Shown: in pieces, positions 21,052-30,962 of the stretch
Layout: each line of letters opens with the position of its first letter
Position numbering within the stretch: position 1 is the stretch's first letter
IMG/VR virus record: IMGVR_UViG_3300048672_001165
Coordinates: 29,685-93,684 of that record
Origin: a virus
Length of the DNA stretch: 64,000 nt
Direction: 5' to 3' (one strand)
Notes under the pieces: generated by a model
Database searches by the model: none
What the model saw: only the letters and a program-made list of their open reading frames with translations
What the model was told of the DNA's origin: nothing
Made by a program: the position numbers and the translations under genes

Positions 21052-21672
21052 TTAAGCGGGCGGCAGGTGCTGAAGGATGTACTGCTCTAAAGAAGCATTC
21101 TTCAGCTGTAACGCACTCAGCTGAGCCTGTAATGTTTCGATCTGTCTGAGGTAAGACGCTTGACTCATCATGTTGTTTTGACGAACCGTATTGAGTACCG
21201 CATGGTCTTCTGGGCTGATGAGCGTCTGAGGGCCGTAAGTCATCACCTCTACACGCGACTCCACACCAATTCGGCGCTTGACCAGTTCAGCCATGTCAGT
21301 GCAAAGAGGGCCCAAGTCTACCGTGTCCGGTAGCGCAGAGAGCGCAATGCCCAGCATGGTCAAACTGTAGACAATCCCAGAGGGGTCAGGAAGACCCAGC
21401 AAATAACGATTGGGGATCTTTAGCAGCTCTCCGTCATAAGACTGAAAAGCAATGACCTTGACACCATCGTTGACGTCTTGATCAAAGTTAGTTTCTAGCA
21501 GGCCATTAGCCTGGTAGATATCAACCATTGGGTCTTGCTCAGACGCCACCATGCCTGAGATCGATTCAATCCCAATGCACTCATAGATAGCACCATCAAC
21601 TACTTTGGTATCAAAAGGAGCGCTACATTTAATCGCTCCTCGCATGCCGACATTGGGGGTAATAAAACTCAT
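21052..21672 (-). CDS. Conserved phiKZ-like hypothetical (probable virion) protein
   Basis: 206 aa with C-terminal coiled coil; co-oriented with the structural genes. Confidence 0.6.
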   Translation of the reverse strand: MSFITPNVGMRGAIKCSAPFDTKVVDGAIYECIGIESISGMVASEQDPMVDIYQANGLLETNFDQDVNDGVKVIAFQSYDGELLKIPNRYLLGLPDPSGIVYSLTMLGIALSALPDTVDLGPLCTDMAELVKRRIGVESRVEVMTYGPQTLISPEDHAVLNTVRQNNMMSQASYLRQIETLQAQLSALQLKNASLEQYILQHLPPA

Positions 21673-21686
21673 CGTGTTTTACCTCT

Positions 21687-22994
21687 TTAAACCGGAGTAG
21701 ACGCCTTAGAACTCACCAGGAACGTCGCGCCGTTATAGTTGCAGCTGATATAGAGGATACCATTGCGAAGCACCTTACGGAAAGCCACAGGCACGTCCAC
21801 CGCTTGAGTGAGTGTCTCAGCAATTGGCATCATGTCAGCTAGTCGACTCATGAACCCTTGCGTGTTCAGATTCATGCGGCCAAAGTCCGTACTGGTACTA
21901 GGCGCTGTGATCAGATCAGGAAACACGTCCGTCAAGTAAAATTTACTGTCACGGTTGTCCGGGTTACCCACTACCCCGACAGCCAAGTACTTGTACGGGT
22001 GCACAATCGCATGTGCTGTATTTTGGATATGAGTTTGATTCAGGGTGGGAAGCACGGCCTTCAAGCGAGTAATCAGCGCACCGAGCTTGATCACGGGCGA
22101 GTTGACTCCTGCCGTATTGGTCAAAGGGGCTACCGCATAATTAGCCCAGTCAGGAATGAGTAGAAACTCAAGACTTTTAAAGATGTCAGGCAGGTATTGC
22201 TGCCACTCCTGAACCGTATGCGTGCTGTGAGCTGCGATATAGTCCAGCACCGCTTGGCGGATCAAATCTTGATCATTGCCACGAGGACCGTAGATCAGGA
22301 AAGACCAATCCGTCGGTGTGGAAACACTTGGGTTAAGCGTATTGACCAGCGCATAAGTCTGAGATGCCAGCACCGTCTCAGGGTAGCTGCTGCGAGCACT
22401 CTGAACCGCGTTGATCTTGGTAATGAAATTAATAGCATTGACTGCTGTACTGACTGCCGTATAATCACCAAAGAGGTTATCCACAGGCATGGGCGGCACC
22501 ACGACGATCTCATAGTCGTCATACTGCACGCGAAACACTGCGTCACTGAACCACAACCTGCACGTCGTGGGCTCGGTAGCATAACTGGAGTCACTCCACG
22601 ACACATCACTTGGCCAGAGCTTGCCAGCAGGCCCCACCACCATTTGGCTGACTGCCACGTTAGTGCACGTCGTGCCAAAGTTGGCTGTAAAGTCACTGAG
22701 GAAAGCCGTCTTGGTGTCGGCACCTACCACCGCTTGCTGGCGAGTCTTCACCCAAGCAGCAATAGCGCTCAGTTGAGTGATCATGACGGTGGGTACGGCC
22801 ATCTTACCAGAGGTGTCTGAGTTGCTGGTAAACACAAGTACTACAGAAGCACCAGTTTGAGCGTCGCTGTAGCTTTTGATGTCCCTGGCAAACGTCCAAG
22901 CGTAGCTGCTGAGTTCACCCACAGGTGCTGTTACATCTGCAGCATTATCCGCAAAACCCGGATAGGCCACAAATCCTTTGATTTTGTACGTCAT
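21687..22994 (-). CDS. Virion structural protein
   Basis: 435 aa; YKIKGF...APVGELS and LWFSD..F..QYDDYEIVVVPP motifs of a phiKZ-like structural family found next to RNase H. Confidence 0.65.
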   Translation of the reverse strand: MTYKIKGFVAYPGFADNAADVTAPVGELSSYAWTFARDIKSYSDAQTGASVVLVFTSNSDTSGKMAVPTVMITQLSAIAAWVKTRQQAVVGADTKTAFLSDFTANFGTTCTNVAVSQMVVGPAGKLWPSDVSWSDSSYATEPTTCRLWFSDAVFRVQYDDYEIVVVPPMPVDNLFGDYTAVSTAVNAINFITKINAVQSARSSYPETVLASQTYALVNTLNPSVSTPTDWSFLIYGPRGNDQDLIRQAVLDYIAAHSTHTVQEWQQYLPDIFKSLEFLLIPDWANYAVAPLTNTAGVNSPVIKLGALITRLKAVLPTLNQTHIQNTAHAIVHPYKYLAVGVVGNPDNRDSKFYLTDVFPDLITAPSTSTDFGRMNLNTQGFMSRLADMMPIAETLTQAVDVPVAFRKVLRNGILYISCNYNGATFLVSSKASTPV

Positions 22995-23117
22995 GGTGTC
23001 TAACCTTTGCTCTATGTTGAAACAAAATCTACAGCACTGGTGTTCAAAAGTGCTGTAGGCTATACCATTCTTTTAGGCGATCAAATCTTTATACTCATTT
23101 AAAAAGGGATCTTAGCT

Positions 23118-23582
23118 ATGGCTTTTCCATTTGTCAAGCTGGTGATGGTGCTGGTGAAATATGGCCAAGAGTTATTCCTTGGCCAGCCGCCCGCTCATCA
23201 GCGCCGTCGTAAAACGGATGTACCGTTTAGTCGTTTAGAGTCACTCAAGAAAATATTCATTTGGGCCGGTTCTATCTCAATCATCGGTTGCGTCTATCTA
23301 GTCATGCAGCTCTACCATGTTTCCAGCAAATACAATAAACTCGTCAACGAGAAAAAAGAAGCAGCAGTTTGTCCTGCATCCGATGATCCAGTTGTCAAAG
23401 AAACCCCATCTGTCCCACCTGAAACCCCTAGCGCTCCTTTAGAGCCGCCTCAGCGAAAACAAATCCCTGCACTCATCCTACCGCCTACCAGACAAATCCC
23501 TAAACCTCAAGAGACAACAGATGACGACAACGAACGCCATCAACGACTGCTCAAGCGTTTGCATGAAATTGACAGCCATTAA
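23118..23582 (+). CDS. Putative i-spanin (Rz-like)
   Basis: One TM segment (IFIWAGSISIIGCVYLVM) and a Pro-rich periplasmic part; its 3' end overlaps a lipoprotein gene. Confidence 0.6.
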   Translation: MAFPFVKLVMVLVKYGQELFLGQPPAHQRRRKTDVPFSRLESLKKIFIWAGSISIIGCVYLVMQLYHVSSKYNKLVNEKKEAAVCPASDDPVVKETPSVPPETPSAPLEPPQRKQIPALILPPTRQIPKPQETTDDDNERHQRLLKRLHEIDSH

Positions 23583-23904
23583 ACTCTCTGTTGCTGCAGT
23601 GCTGCTGTGCTTAGGCTCGTGTAGTTTCACGACCCACATCACCATGCCTGCTCCTGTTATCCAAGAGATCACTCAAGCAGCTAAAAGTAGCACGTGCCCT
23701 GTTTACGTGCTACCTCCTGCAACTGATTTACCACCTGTACCCATTGCACGCATGCAAGGTACTGCCCCTGCAGATATAGATGCCAAGATCAACATTTTGC
23801 TTGACGCTTTAAAAGAAGCTCGCAAAGTGCATCAAGAAAGAGAAGCTACGCTTAAAAGTAGCTACCAGCAGTACTTGGCCATCTGCTCAGCTGCAGCGCA
23901 GTAA
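23563..23904 (+). CDS. Putative o-spanin (Rz1-like lipoprotein)
   Basis: From ATG 23563: MKLTAIKLSVAAVLLCLGSC (signal peptide with LGSC lipobox), then Pro-rich sequence; overlaps the end of the i-spanin gene. Confidence 0.65.
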   Translation: MKLTAIKLSVAAVLLCLGSCSFTTHITMPAPVIQEITQAAKSSTCPVYVLPPATDLPPVPIARMQGTAPADIDAKINILLDALKEARKVHQEREATLKSSYQQYLAICSAAAQ

Positions 23905-23931
23905 AAAGAAACCACATATCACCATCTTGTG
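23898..23931 (+). promoter_or_regulatory. Putative early (virion RNAP) promoter
   Basis: GCA-N12-CACATATCAC-CATCT-TG; same spacing as four other copies; resembles the phiKZ early TATATTAC motif. Confidence 0.6.
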
Positions 23932-23975
23932 TCTGCGACAAAAAAGCTCAACCCCTTTTCACTTTTTGAATACCT

Positions 23976-25460
23976 ATGGCTAAAAAAGAAAAACCTGTTG
24001 AAGACCTTAATCCTACAGGTCTGGTCTACTACACCGATGGTGGTGCGCGTTGGGGTCCTAAGGGCTCTAATCCAGGATACGCTGGATACGGCATCCATGG
24101 CTATTCCTACAACTATGGTGAAATCAAAAAAGGAATTGGCCTCTCAGGTGTGATTACCACTGAAACTGGCTACAGTACCAAGTCGGGTGATAAGGCACAA
24201 GTCAAACCACTACACTACGTGGATGGCTACGGCACGCTTGAAGGTTTTCAGTCTAATAACGCTGCTGAGATCCAAGCAGCCACCATGGCTTTAGCGCATG
24301 CTAAAGAGTACCGACTTGACCACCAAGATGTCAAACAAATCAATATCATCACAGATAGCCGTGGTGTAGTTGATGCTGGTAATCAGTGGCTGAGCAAGTG
24401 GAAGTCTAATAACTGGATCAAGTCGGATGGCACACCAGTCAAGGGTCAGGAGTGGTGGAAGCTGCTGAGTTCTGAGCTGGATAACCACAAGTCTAACGGT
24501 GTTCAAGTCAATTTTGTTTGGGTCAAAGGTCACTCAGGTGAAGTCGGCAATGAACAAGCTGATCAACTGGCGACGCTGGCAGTCACTAAGAATAAAGAAG
24601 GTGACCGAGGCCACACGATCAAAGAAACTCCTCTAGAAAAGTACTGGAGCGAGACTTACCAAAAACATCCGCTCATCACGCAAAGAGCCATGTACTTTGT
24701 GACCGATGGAGCGACTCTAAAACCAGGTTGCTACTACCTAGGCAACCATGGTAAAGATGACGACATGATTGGTACACGTATTCCTGATGGTTACTACAGC
24801 TATGTCGAACTGGCAGAGACTGAACCCATCATGGAGATTCTCATCAAGAGACAGATGGAACTCACCTGCCCTGAGATCAGAATCATTGTGGTCAACTTAG
24901 TCAAGCTGCTGAGTCAAAACGTAGCCAGCAAGGTGGTTCAATATGGACCGCAATGTTTCTTGAAAGATAATCCAAGGCGCTATGACTTGGTCTTTCTAGA
25001 CGACGAACGTATTGCTAAAGAAATGGACCCACCCATTCAAGCGTGGCAAGCGGTAGAAGCTTTGAATATTGTCAAGACCATCTTCAACAGCATCCAGACC
25101 AGTGATCCAGCGTATATCCTTTACGACATCACACCTCGCCTGTACGCACAAAACGAGAAAAACAAAACAGTTTTGAAGCCTGAGTTTGGTACGGGCTACT
25201 GTGAAATGAAAGTCGACATTGAACCTCCTCAAGGGTTTGATGCTAAGCCCATCAAGCTCATCTTCGGCGTCGACCTGCCTGCCAGAAATTCTCTGAAGCG
25301 AATGGAAGACCTAGAGCCAAGTGTTAAGCTGGTGGTTTGGATAGAGGGAGCAGGAATCGTTCGGTTTGCCACGTACGTAGAAACAAAGACAGGCAAAGGC
25401 TTGTTTGTGTCCTACTACAGCAACCGAGTTGTTCTCAAACCGACAGCCCAAGCAAAGTGA
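23976..25460 (+). CDS. rnhA: Ribonuclease H (phiKZ gp155-like) with C-terminal extension
   Basis: YTDGG, SNNAAEIQA, TDS and WVKGHSGEVGNEQADQLA catalytic motifs. Confidence 0.92.
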   Translation: MAKKEKPVEDLNPTGLVYYTDGGARWGPKGSNPGYAGYGIHGYSYNYGEIKKGIGLSGVITTETGYSTKSGDKAQVKPLHYVDGYGTLEGFQSNNAAEIQAATMALAHAKEYRLDHQDVKQINIITDSRGVVDAGNQWLSKWKSNNWIKSDGTPVKGQEWWKLLSSELDNHKSNGVQVNFVWVKGHSGEVGNEQADQLATLAVTKNKEGDRGHTIKETPLEKYWSETYQKHPLITQRAMYFVTDGATLKPGCYYLGNHGKDDDMIGTRIPDGYYSYVELAETEPIMEILIKRQMELTCPEIRIIVVNLVKLLSQNVASKVVQYGPQCFLKDNPRRYDLVFLDDERIAKEMDPPIQAWQAVEALNIVKTIFNSIQTSDPAYILYDITPRLYAQNEKNKTVLKPEFGTGYCEMKVDIEPPQGFDAKPIKLIFGVDLPARNSLKRMEDLEPSVKLVVWIEGAGIVRFATYVETKTGKGLFVSYYSNRVVLKPTAQAK

Positions 25461-25704
25461 TTGTTCTCACAGCTCGCTTCAAAGCGTGAGTTAAAAGAGG
25501 CCCTTTCTACGGGAAGAGTCTCTTTTTTCTTTTTATGTTTGTGAGCTGTGGGTAGTGTGCGCTACTCCACCGAAGGCGAAAAAAGGAGGCTCGTGCGCGC
25601 TGCAACCAGTCTTTGTATTTCGGGCTCTCGTAAGAGTGCCGATCTCCCAACCAAACTACCGGTGCTTTTACTTTCTTCTCTTTTGTAAGCGAGTAAGTCT
25701 AATC

Positions 25705-26103
25705 ATGAATCTTGATGCATTTGCCATGAGAAATAGCCGGTGGCTGAAGATCATTTTTTCAATGCTGCCGAGCTGGATCATTCGCTACACGTTTCTAGCG
25801 TCCCTAGCGGCTGCTACGCGTGCTGTCAACCTAGAAGATAAACAAGCCAGAGCCAGTTTGAATGACATCTTGCACCTCGTCAATAAAGACGAGTCACTCA
25901 GTGCTGTAGCCATGGTGTCTAATACGGTGTGGTCGTGTTCTGACATAGCACCTGCTGACTTAGGCGAAGAAGAACTTCGTGGTCAGGTAGAACGCTTGGT
26001 AGAACGCACCCCAGATTGGGCTCGCTATGACGAACCCCAGGTGATGGTCAGAGATGCGCTGGCGATGTTTGAGTTCTCTCGCCACGCTCCACTGTCAAAC
26101 TGA
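25705..26103 (+). CDS. Hypothetical protein (start reassigned to ATG 25705)
   Basis: The upstream part of the ORF-track call runs through a structured intergenic region. Confidence 0.55.
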   Translation: MNLDAFAMRNSRWLKIIFSMLPSWIIRYTFLASLAAATRAVNLEDKQARASLNDILHLVNKDESLSAVAMVSNTVWSCSDIAPADLGEEELRGQVERLVERTPDWARYDEPQVMVRDALAMFEFSRHAPLSN

Positions 26104-26236
26104 TTTAAAACCACTAAGCTTTTCAGCAGGAAAAAACTACTTCTTCCTGCTGAAAAACTCTTTTTTCTTTTATGCCGTCTTTTTCATAAGACACACCCAT
26201 GTGGTGTGATACTAACTTCTTTGAGTATAAACCACC

Positions 26237-26497
26237 ATGACTGTCAACATCCCTCTAACGGTGTATTTAGCTACACTAGACAACATTGCTGAAGTAGGTA
26301 ACATCCATTCTAAAATCAAGACAGATGAAACTGGGATTATTCCAGAAGAGATCATCACGACCATTTACGATAAAGCACATGGTCAGTTCACTTTTGAGAG
26401 TGACACCTATGGCCCTTACGTGATCGACTCTACGAAGCATGTGATACTGCCTGAAAAAGATTGGTATACGCTTAGCGAGCTGTCGTTGAGGTTTTAA
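26237..26497 (+). CDS. Hypothetical protein
   Basis: 86 aa; first of three tightly packed genes. Confidence 0.6.
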   Translation: MTVNIPLTVYLATLDNIAEVGNIHSKIKTDETGIIPEEIITTIYDKAHGQFTFESDTYGPYVIDSTKHVILPEKDWYTLSELSLRF

Positions 26498-26499
26498 AA

Positions 26500-26829
26500 A
26501 TGCCTCAAGAAGATATTGTCAGAGTAGAGTTTGTAGACTTGATGAATCACTTGCAGTCTGCAGCTCAGTGTGTGAGGTTTCCTATACAGGTACAGCATCA
26601 CATCCTAAGTCCTAGAACTGCCATGGTGATCATCAAGACCAAAGATCCTATTTACCTCAGAGAGTTGCAACGTATCTTTGATCAAGTCCACCACAATTGG
26701 CTAGTGACCTCACGGGGGGTTTCTGGTATCTATAAACACCACAGGTCTTACGTGGTGGGTGTCAAGTCTTTTTTCTTTGTGTACGTACAAGCTCATAGCG
26801 AAGGCGCATGGATCAACATCAAAGTGTAG
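26500..26829 (+). CDS. Hypothetical protein
   Basis: 109 aa; starts 2 nt after the previous stop. Confidence 0.55.
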   Translation: MPQEDIVRVEFVDLMNHLQSAAQCVRFPIQVQHHILSPRTAMVIIKTKDPIYLRELQRIFDQVHHNWLVTSRGVSGIYKHHRSYVVGVKSFFFVYVQAHSEGAWINIKV

Positions 26830-27170
26830 TTAAAAAGTTGGTTGACAGAGCAGTATTTGCTCAACTGAGCTTTAACCAAATATGGGACATTTTAGAGCGA
26901 CTCAGCCAAGTGTCTATCTTGTTAATGGACATTACGCCAACGGTTTACATGAGAGATAACATCAAAGAAAATAAACTCTGCTCTGAGTCGTTAGTCCTCA
27001 TGAAAGAGCTAGAGCAGCTGTTTCTTCGGTATAAAGGTACAGTCAAATTACACCGTCATGGAAGGTGTATAAAGTTGACCTATAAAGACGTACCAACTGA
27101 TTTGATTGACGTGCATAAAGGCTTTCTAGACAGAGCAGCCCGTTTGATTAAACGGCATAGAACGCTTTAA
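26808..27170 (+). CDS. Hypothetical protein
   Basis: 120 aa; overlaps the previous gene and ends at a terminator. Confidence 0.55.
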   Translation: MDQHQSVVKKLVDRAVFAQLSFNQIWDILERLSQVSILLMDITPTVYMRDNIKENKLCSESLVLMKELEQLFLRYKGTVKLHRHGRCIKLTYKDVPTDLIDVHKGFLDRAARLIKRHRTL

Positions 27171-27171
27171 A

Positions 27172-27213
27172 GCGGCATAAAAGGCAGGCCTAGACGCCTG
27201 CTCATTATGCCGT
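27172..27213. repeat. REP-like inverted-repeat/bidirectional terminator element, copy 1
   Basis: GCGGCATAAAAGGCAGGCCTAGACGCCTGCTCATTATGCCGT; close copies at 32380, 41026 and 57005. Confidence 0.8.
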
Positions 27214-27227
27214 CTTTTGTCAGGGGA

Positions 27228-28073
27228 TTAACCCATCACGTCTTCCACACTAGAAATGGTGGAATCAATCGCGCTGATGCAAGCCAGCACCAGATAGTAG
27301 ATGGTCGCAAACATCTCCAGCTCGCGTGCCACGGAGTGTGCATGCGCTGCCAGCCGGTTAGCAGCTTCTTGAGAAAACTTGCGGTCTTTATTAGTCTTGA
27401 GTTCTTCCAGAATGATTTTGACATAGTCGTTGCATTCTTGAACCAGACTGGAAATGGTATCTCGGTTAACCGAGTTGAGGTTGGTAGAAACTTCATTAAT
27501 CAGCTTGAACACCATCGGCCAGTCATTGTTGCGCTGCACGACCTTGTTATATGTCGTGACGCCTCCAAAGGTGTCTTTACCGTAGCAATGCTGCAGCTTA
27601 GCGTAGAAGTCTTTACGAACCTTTTCTTGTAGATCGGTATCGCGCTTATCCACATTGGCAGACAAACTAAACTGGTGATCGGAAACAAACTGAGCTAAGA
27701 ACTGCGTGTAGGGCTGAAGCATGTTCGGAATGAGCATCTTCAGGTGCAAGCTCAAAGGCTGCAGCACATGCAGCAGCTCCAGATAAGGTTTCACAATCCC
27801 TTCGGGGCGAAATGCCCGAATAGAGCCCATGCTGGTATAGGGCATCTTTTCTACCAGTTTCAAAAACTTCTTCTGGTCAGACTTGAGGTCTTGGATCTCC
27901 ACGCCCCCGATCATGTCATCGGCAAAACGAAAGATGCTTTGCACCTGTTCGACCATGCTCTTGAACATGCCAGATGCATTGAACTTAAAGAAGTCTTCTT
28001 GAGCCAGCGCAGAAGCGCCCAGCTGCGTGAGTCGAATGAGTTGGTCTTGTTGGTTGTCAGTCAGTACGGTCAT
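27228..28073 (-). CDS. Virion head protein (phiKZ gp153-like)
   Basis: 281 aa helical protein divergent from UvsX, as in phiKZ; N-terminal AQE possible prohead-protease site. Confidence 0.55.
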   Translation of the reverse strand: MTVLTDNQQDQLIRLTQLGASALAQEDFFKFNASGMFKSMVEQVQSIFRFADDMIGGVEIQDLKSDQKKFLKLVEKMPYTSMGSIRAFRPEGIVKPYLELLHVLQPLSLHLKMLIPNMLQPYTQFLAQFVSDHQFSLSANVDKRDTDLQEKVRKDFYAKLQHCYGKDTFGGVTTYNKVVQRNNDWPMVFKLINEVSTNLNSVNRDTISSLVQECNDYVKIILEELKTNKDRKFSQEAANRLAAHAHSVARELEMFATIYYLVLACISAIDSTISSVEDVMG

Positions 28074-28220
28074 GATTTCTCAGCCACCTTAAAAAGAAGA
28101 AAAAATGAAAAGAGGATCAAGAAATGGACGTATGCAAAAATAGAATGTCCACAGATTCTTTGAACAAAGCCCATGACAGCCATGTCGTGCCACTACTGTC
28201 ATTCACGGAAGACTCAAACC

Positions 28221-29651
28221 ATGCAAATCGACTTTAGCATCCTGCCTCAGACAGAAGAGGCCCCTTTGATTACCCCTATGTTCAACGTTGGTTGCTTGTT
28301 TGATATTGCAACTGGTCGTTTCATTCGTGGTATTCATGGTGAGCATATTCTCAGTGGCGGCGCAGGTGCTGTCACTGGGTTTGTGGGTATTGCTAATACG
28401 TATAAAACCACTTGTGCTGAGTATATGCAGCTCACCATTGGTGCGCGTTTCCCCTACGCCATCATGGACAAGCACTGTACAGAACTCAGTGCACAAGTCG
28501 AGCGTTCTCGCCACCTTGCAAGTCAGATCCCTGAGTACCTTGGAGAAGACCCGACCAGCTACGGTACCAGCCGCTGGAAGCTCACCAACCAAGCACAGTA
28601 CTGGGGCAATGAGTGGTTTAAAGATAAGCGCATTTGGCTTTCAGCCAAAGCAGATAACCGAATGAAGTTTTCGTTCACGTCGCCTTTCCCAGGTAAGGAC
28701 GAAAAACCCATGAAGATGATGTACCCGACCAGCTCTTTGGTAGACTCTCTGACTCGGTTTGAAACTGAATCGGTCAGTGAGATGGATGAGAAAGCTGAGC
28801 TGGGTGACTCTGCAGCCAATACGCTGTACATGAAAGCAGGTCAGGCCAAAGCTCGCATGGTGGGCGCTTTGCCTCGTCTTTCTGTCGACGCAGGTCATCT
28901 GTTTTTCCTGACGGCGCACGTGGGTAAGCTCATTGGTATGGACCCTTATGCTGGTCCGACCCGTAAGCTAACAACTTTGAAGAACGGCGACGTCATCAAG
29001 GGTGTGACTGATAACTTCCTCTTCCTGACCACTCAGTGCTGGCAAACGTATAACGCAGGCCCTTTGATTAACCAAACTACTAAAGCTCCTGAGTATCCTC
29101 GTAATACGGACGACAACGTCTCAGGTGATACTGATCTGGTGCTGCTCACACTCAATCTGCTGCGTAACAAGTCAGGTCCTTCTGGCCTCATGATGAATAT
29201 TATCGTGTCCCAAGAAGACGGCTTGCAGCCTTCTTTGAGTGAGTTCCATTACTGCAAAATCAATGACCGCTGGGGTCTTGGTGGTAACGATAAGAACTAC
29301 TACCTTGAACTGATGCCAGAAGAAAAGCTGAGCCGCACGACAGTGCGAGGTAAACTGGATAAGAACGCTGCGCTTCGCCGTGCTATGAATATCACATCTG
29401 AGATGCTTCAGATGAAAATGCTGTGGGATAATATCCCAGCAGGCTACATGTGTACGCCCTTAGAGCTGTACACTGATCTCAAAGCCAAGGGTTACGATTG
29501 GGGTAAAATCCTCAATAATACCCGAGGCTGGTGGACAGCTGAGCAAGATGATCACCCGCTCAAGTTCTTGTCTACCATGGATCTACTGGCCATGCGTGCT
29601 GGCGTTTACCAGCCGTACTGGGACCCGCAAGACAAGCTGCTCAAAGTTTAA
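28221..29651 (+). CDS. uvsX: UvsX/RecA-like recombinase (phiKZ gp152-like)
   Basis: NVGCLFDIATG, Walker A variant GIANTYKT, Walker B-like SLVDSL, LFFLTAHVG and RNKSGPSG. Alternative start at 28173. Confidence 0.88.
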   Translation: MQIDFSILPQTEEAPLITPMFNVGCLFDIATGRFIRGIHGEHILSGGAGAVTGFVGIANTYKTTCAEYMQLTIGARFPYAIMDKHCTELSAQVERSRHLASQIPEYLGEDPTSYGTSRWKLTNQAQYWGNEWFKDKRIWLSAKADNRMKFSFTSPFPGKDEKPMKMMYPTSSLVDSLTRFETESVSEMDEKAELGDSAANTLYMKAGQAKARMVGALPRLSVDAGHLFFLTAHVGKLIGMDPYAGPTRKLTTLKNGDVIKGVTDNFLFLTTQCWQTYNAGPLINQTTKAPEYPRNTDDNVSGDTDLVLLTLNLLRNKSGPSGLMMNIIVSQEDGLQPSLSEFHYCKINDRWGLGGNDKNYYLELMPEEKLSRTTVRGKLDKNAALRRAMNITSEMLQMKMLWDNIPAGYMCTPLELYTDLKAKGYDWGKILNNTRGWWTAEQDDHPLKFLSTMDLLAMRAGVYQPYWDPQDKLLKV

Positions 29652-29739
29652 AGACATTTCCATTATGAGGTCAACTGCTGGTGAGGACAGCTGACCTTTT
29701 CCTTTTTCCTCCTCCCAATTCACACACCAAGGTATCCAC

Positions 29740-30342
29740 ATGCGTTTTCTCAAAGTCCTCATGGCAGCCATGCTGCTGATCGTCGGTGTCGTCTTCGGCG
29801 CACATGCCCAAGCAGCACCCTTCGGCCTGATGGCCAACCCGACCTTCCTGCCCAACAACCCGCTGGTCACCGTCAAGGCCGGCTACCTGCAGCCGATCCC
29901 GAGCTGGCAAGGCAGCGGCAAGGCCAACGTCGGCCTCTACCCGGTGATCGACGGCCTCTACATCGGCCAAGCGGCCGGCACCATCTCCGGCTCGGCCAGC
30001 ATGCTGCCCTATGCTGCCAACCCGAGTGTGACCCAAGTCGTGGCCGTGCCGACCAGCTGCCCTCAGCAACGTGTCGATGTGACCTTCGCCTTCATCGGCG
30101 GCCCGGTCTGGAGCCTGGCGCAAGACGCTTTCAAGATCACGGTGAGCAACAGCGTGCAGCGTTACAGCTGGATCACGGCGCCGGCCAAGACGGCAGGCCC
30201 TGACCAAGTCTACAACTACCTGCTCAACCTGCCGGTGGGCAAGACCTACATGGTCAGCCTGGGCAGCGCCATGAGCTACAAGGCCAACACGCCTGCTCCG
30301 GCTGGTATCCAGGTGAAGTACTTCCAGATCACATGCATCTGA
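29740..30342 (+). CDS. Exported protein with Sec signal peptide
   Basis: MRFLKVLMAAMLLIVGVVFGAHAQA|AP signal peptide; beta-rich mature part with 2 Cys; strongly C/G-ending codons. Confidence 0.7.
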   Translation: MRFLKVLMAAMLLIVGVVFGAHAQAAPFGLMANPTFLPNNPLVTVKAGYLQPIPSWQGSGKANVGLYPVIDGLYIGQAAGTISGSASMLPYAANPSVTQVVAVPTSCPQQRVDVTFAFIGGPVWSLAQDAFKITVSNSVQRYSWITAPAKTAGPDQVYNYLLNLPVGKTYMVSLGSAMSYKANTPAPAGIQVKYFQITCI

Positions 30343-30468
30343 CTCGTCTACTCTAGGTAAGAGACATGCTGGTGCTTAAATATAGAAAGCACCAGCATTT
30401 TATAGTTTAGCATTATCACACCCCTTCCAACCGTTTTCAACGTGCTTCTTTAAGAGGTTAAATCCATC

Positions 30469-30828
30469 ATGCTCTCGCAACAAGAACTTTTTCGTGCTCG
30501 TCTGCCGGGCGAAATCGATATCGTGGATGAGGTCACTCGCATGTTTCGTGACCGAGGCCACACGCATCCCGACTTCTGGGTCGACCCGCTGAGCCACAGC
30601 ATCCGCGCCAACGTGCGTACGCTCAACTGGCGCCTGCAGATGAAAGCCATCTGCGACTTCTTTGTGCTCAAGATCGGCACCCATGGCCTGGTCAACGGCG
30701 AAGACACTCGCACCGTGCGTGCGTTCGGCCTGATCACGTCTGAAGAGTCTGAAGTCGGTCAAGTCCTGGCTGGCTGGGACAAGTCGCTCGTGATGTACAT
30801 GGTCGACCGCAACGTGAGCGTGTACTAA
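30469..30828 (+). CDS. Hypothetical protein
   Basis: 119 aa; GAGG RBS and GC-rich codons; followed by a hairpin and TTTTATGCCG. Confidence 0.65.
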   Translation: MLSQQELFRARLPGEIDIVDEVTRMFRDRGHTHPDFWVDPLSHSIRANVRTLNWRLQMKAICDFFVLKIGTHGLVNGEDTRTVRAFGLITSEESEVGQVLAGWDKSLVMYMVDRNVSVY

Positions 30829-30962
30829 TACACGCTTGCTGGCGCAGCAAGAACTACCTAGTGCTTTTCTGAGTAAAAGCCTAGGTAGTCATCTTTTTTC
30901 TTTTATGCCGTCTATGGTTTGAGACTGATTTTTTCTATTCACATTTTAAGGATAAAACGACC

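Noticed and set aside
26175-26210. Possible additional early promoters before 26237 and 29740
   Set aside because: The core matches to ATATHAC are too degenerate or mis-spaced.
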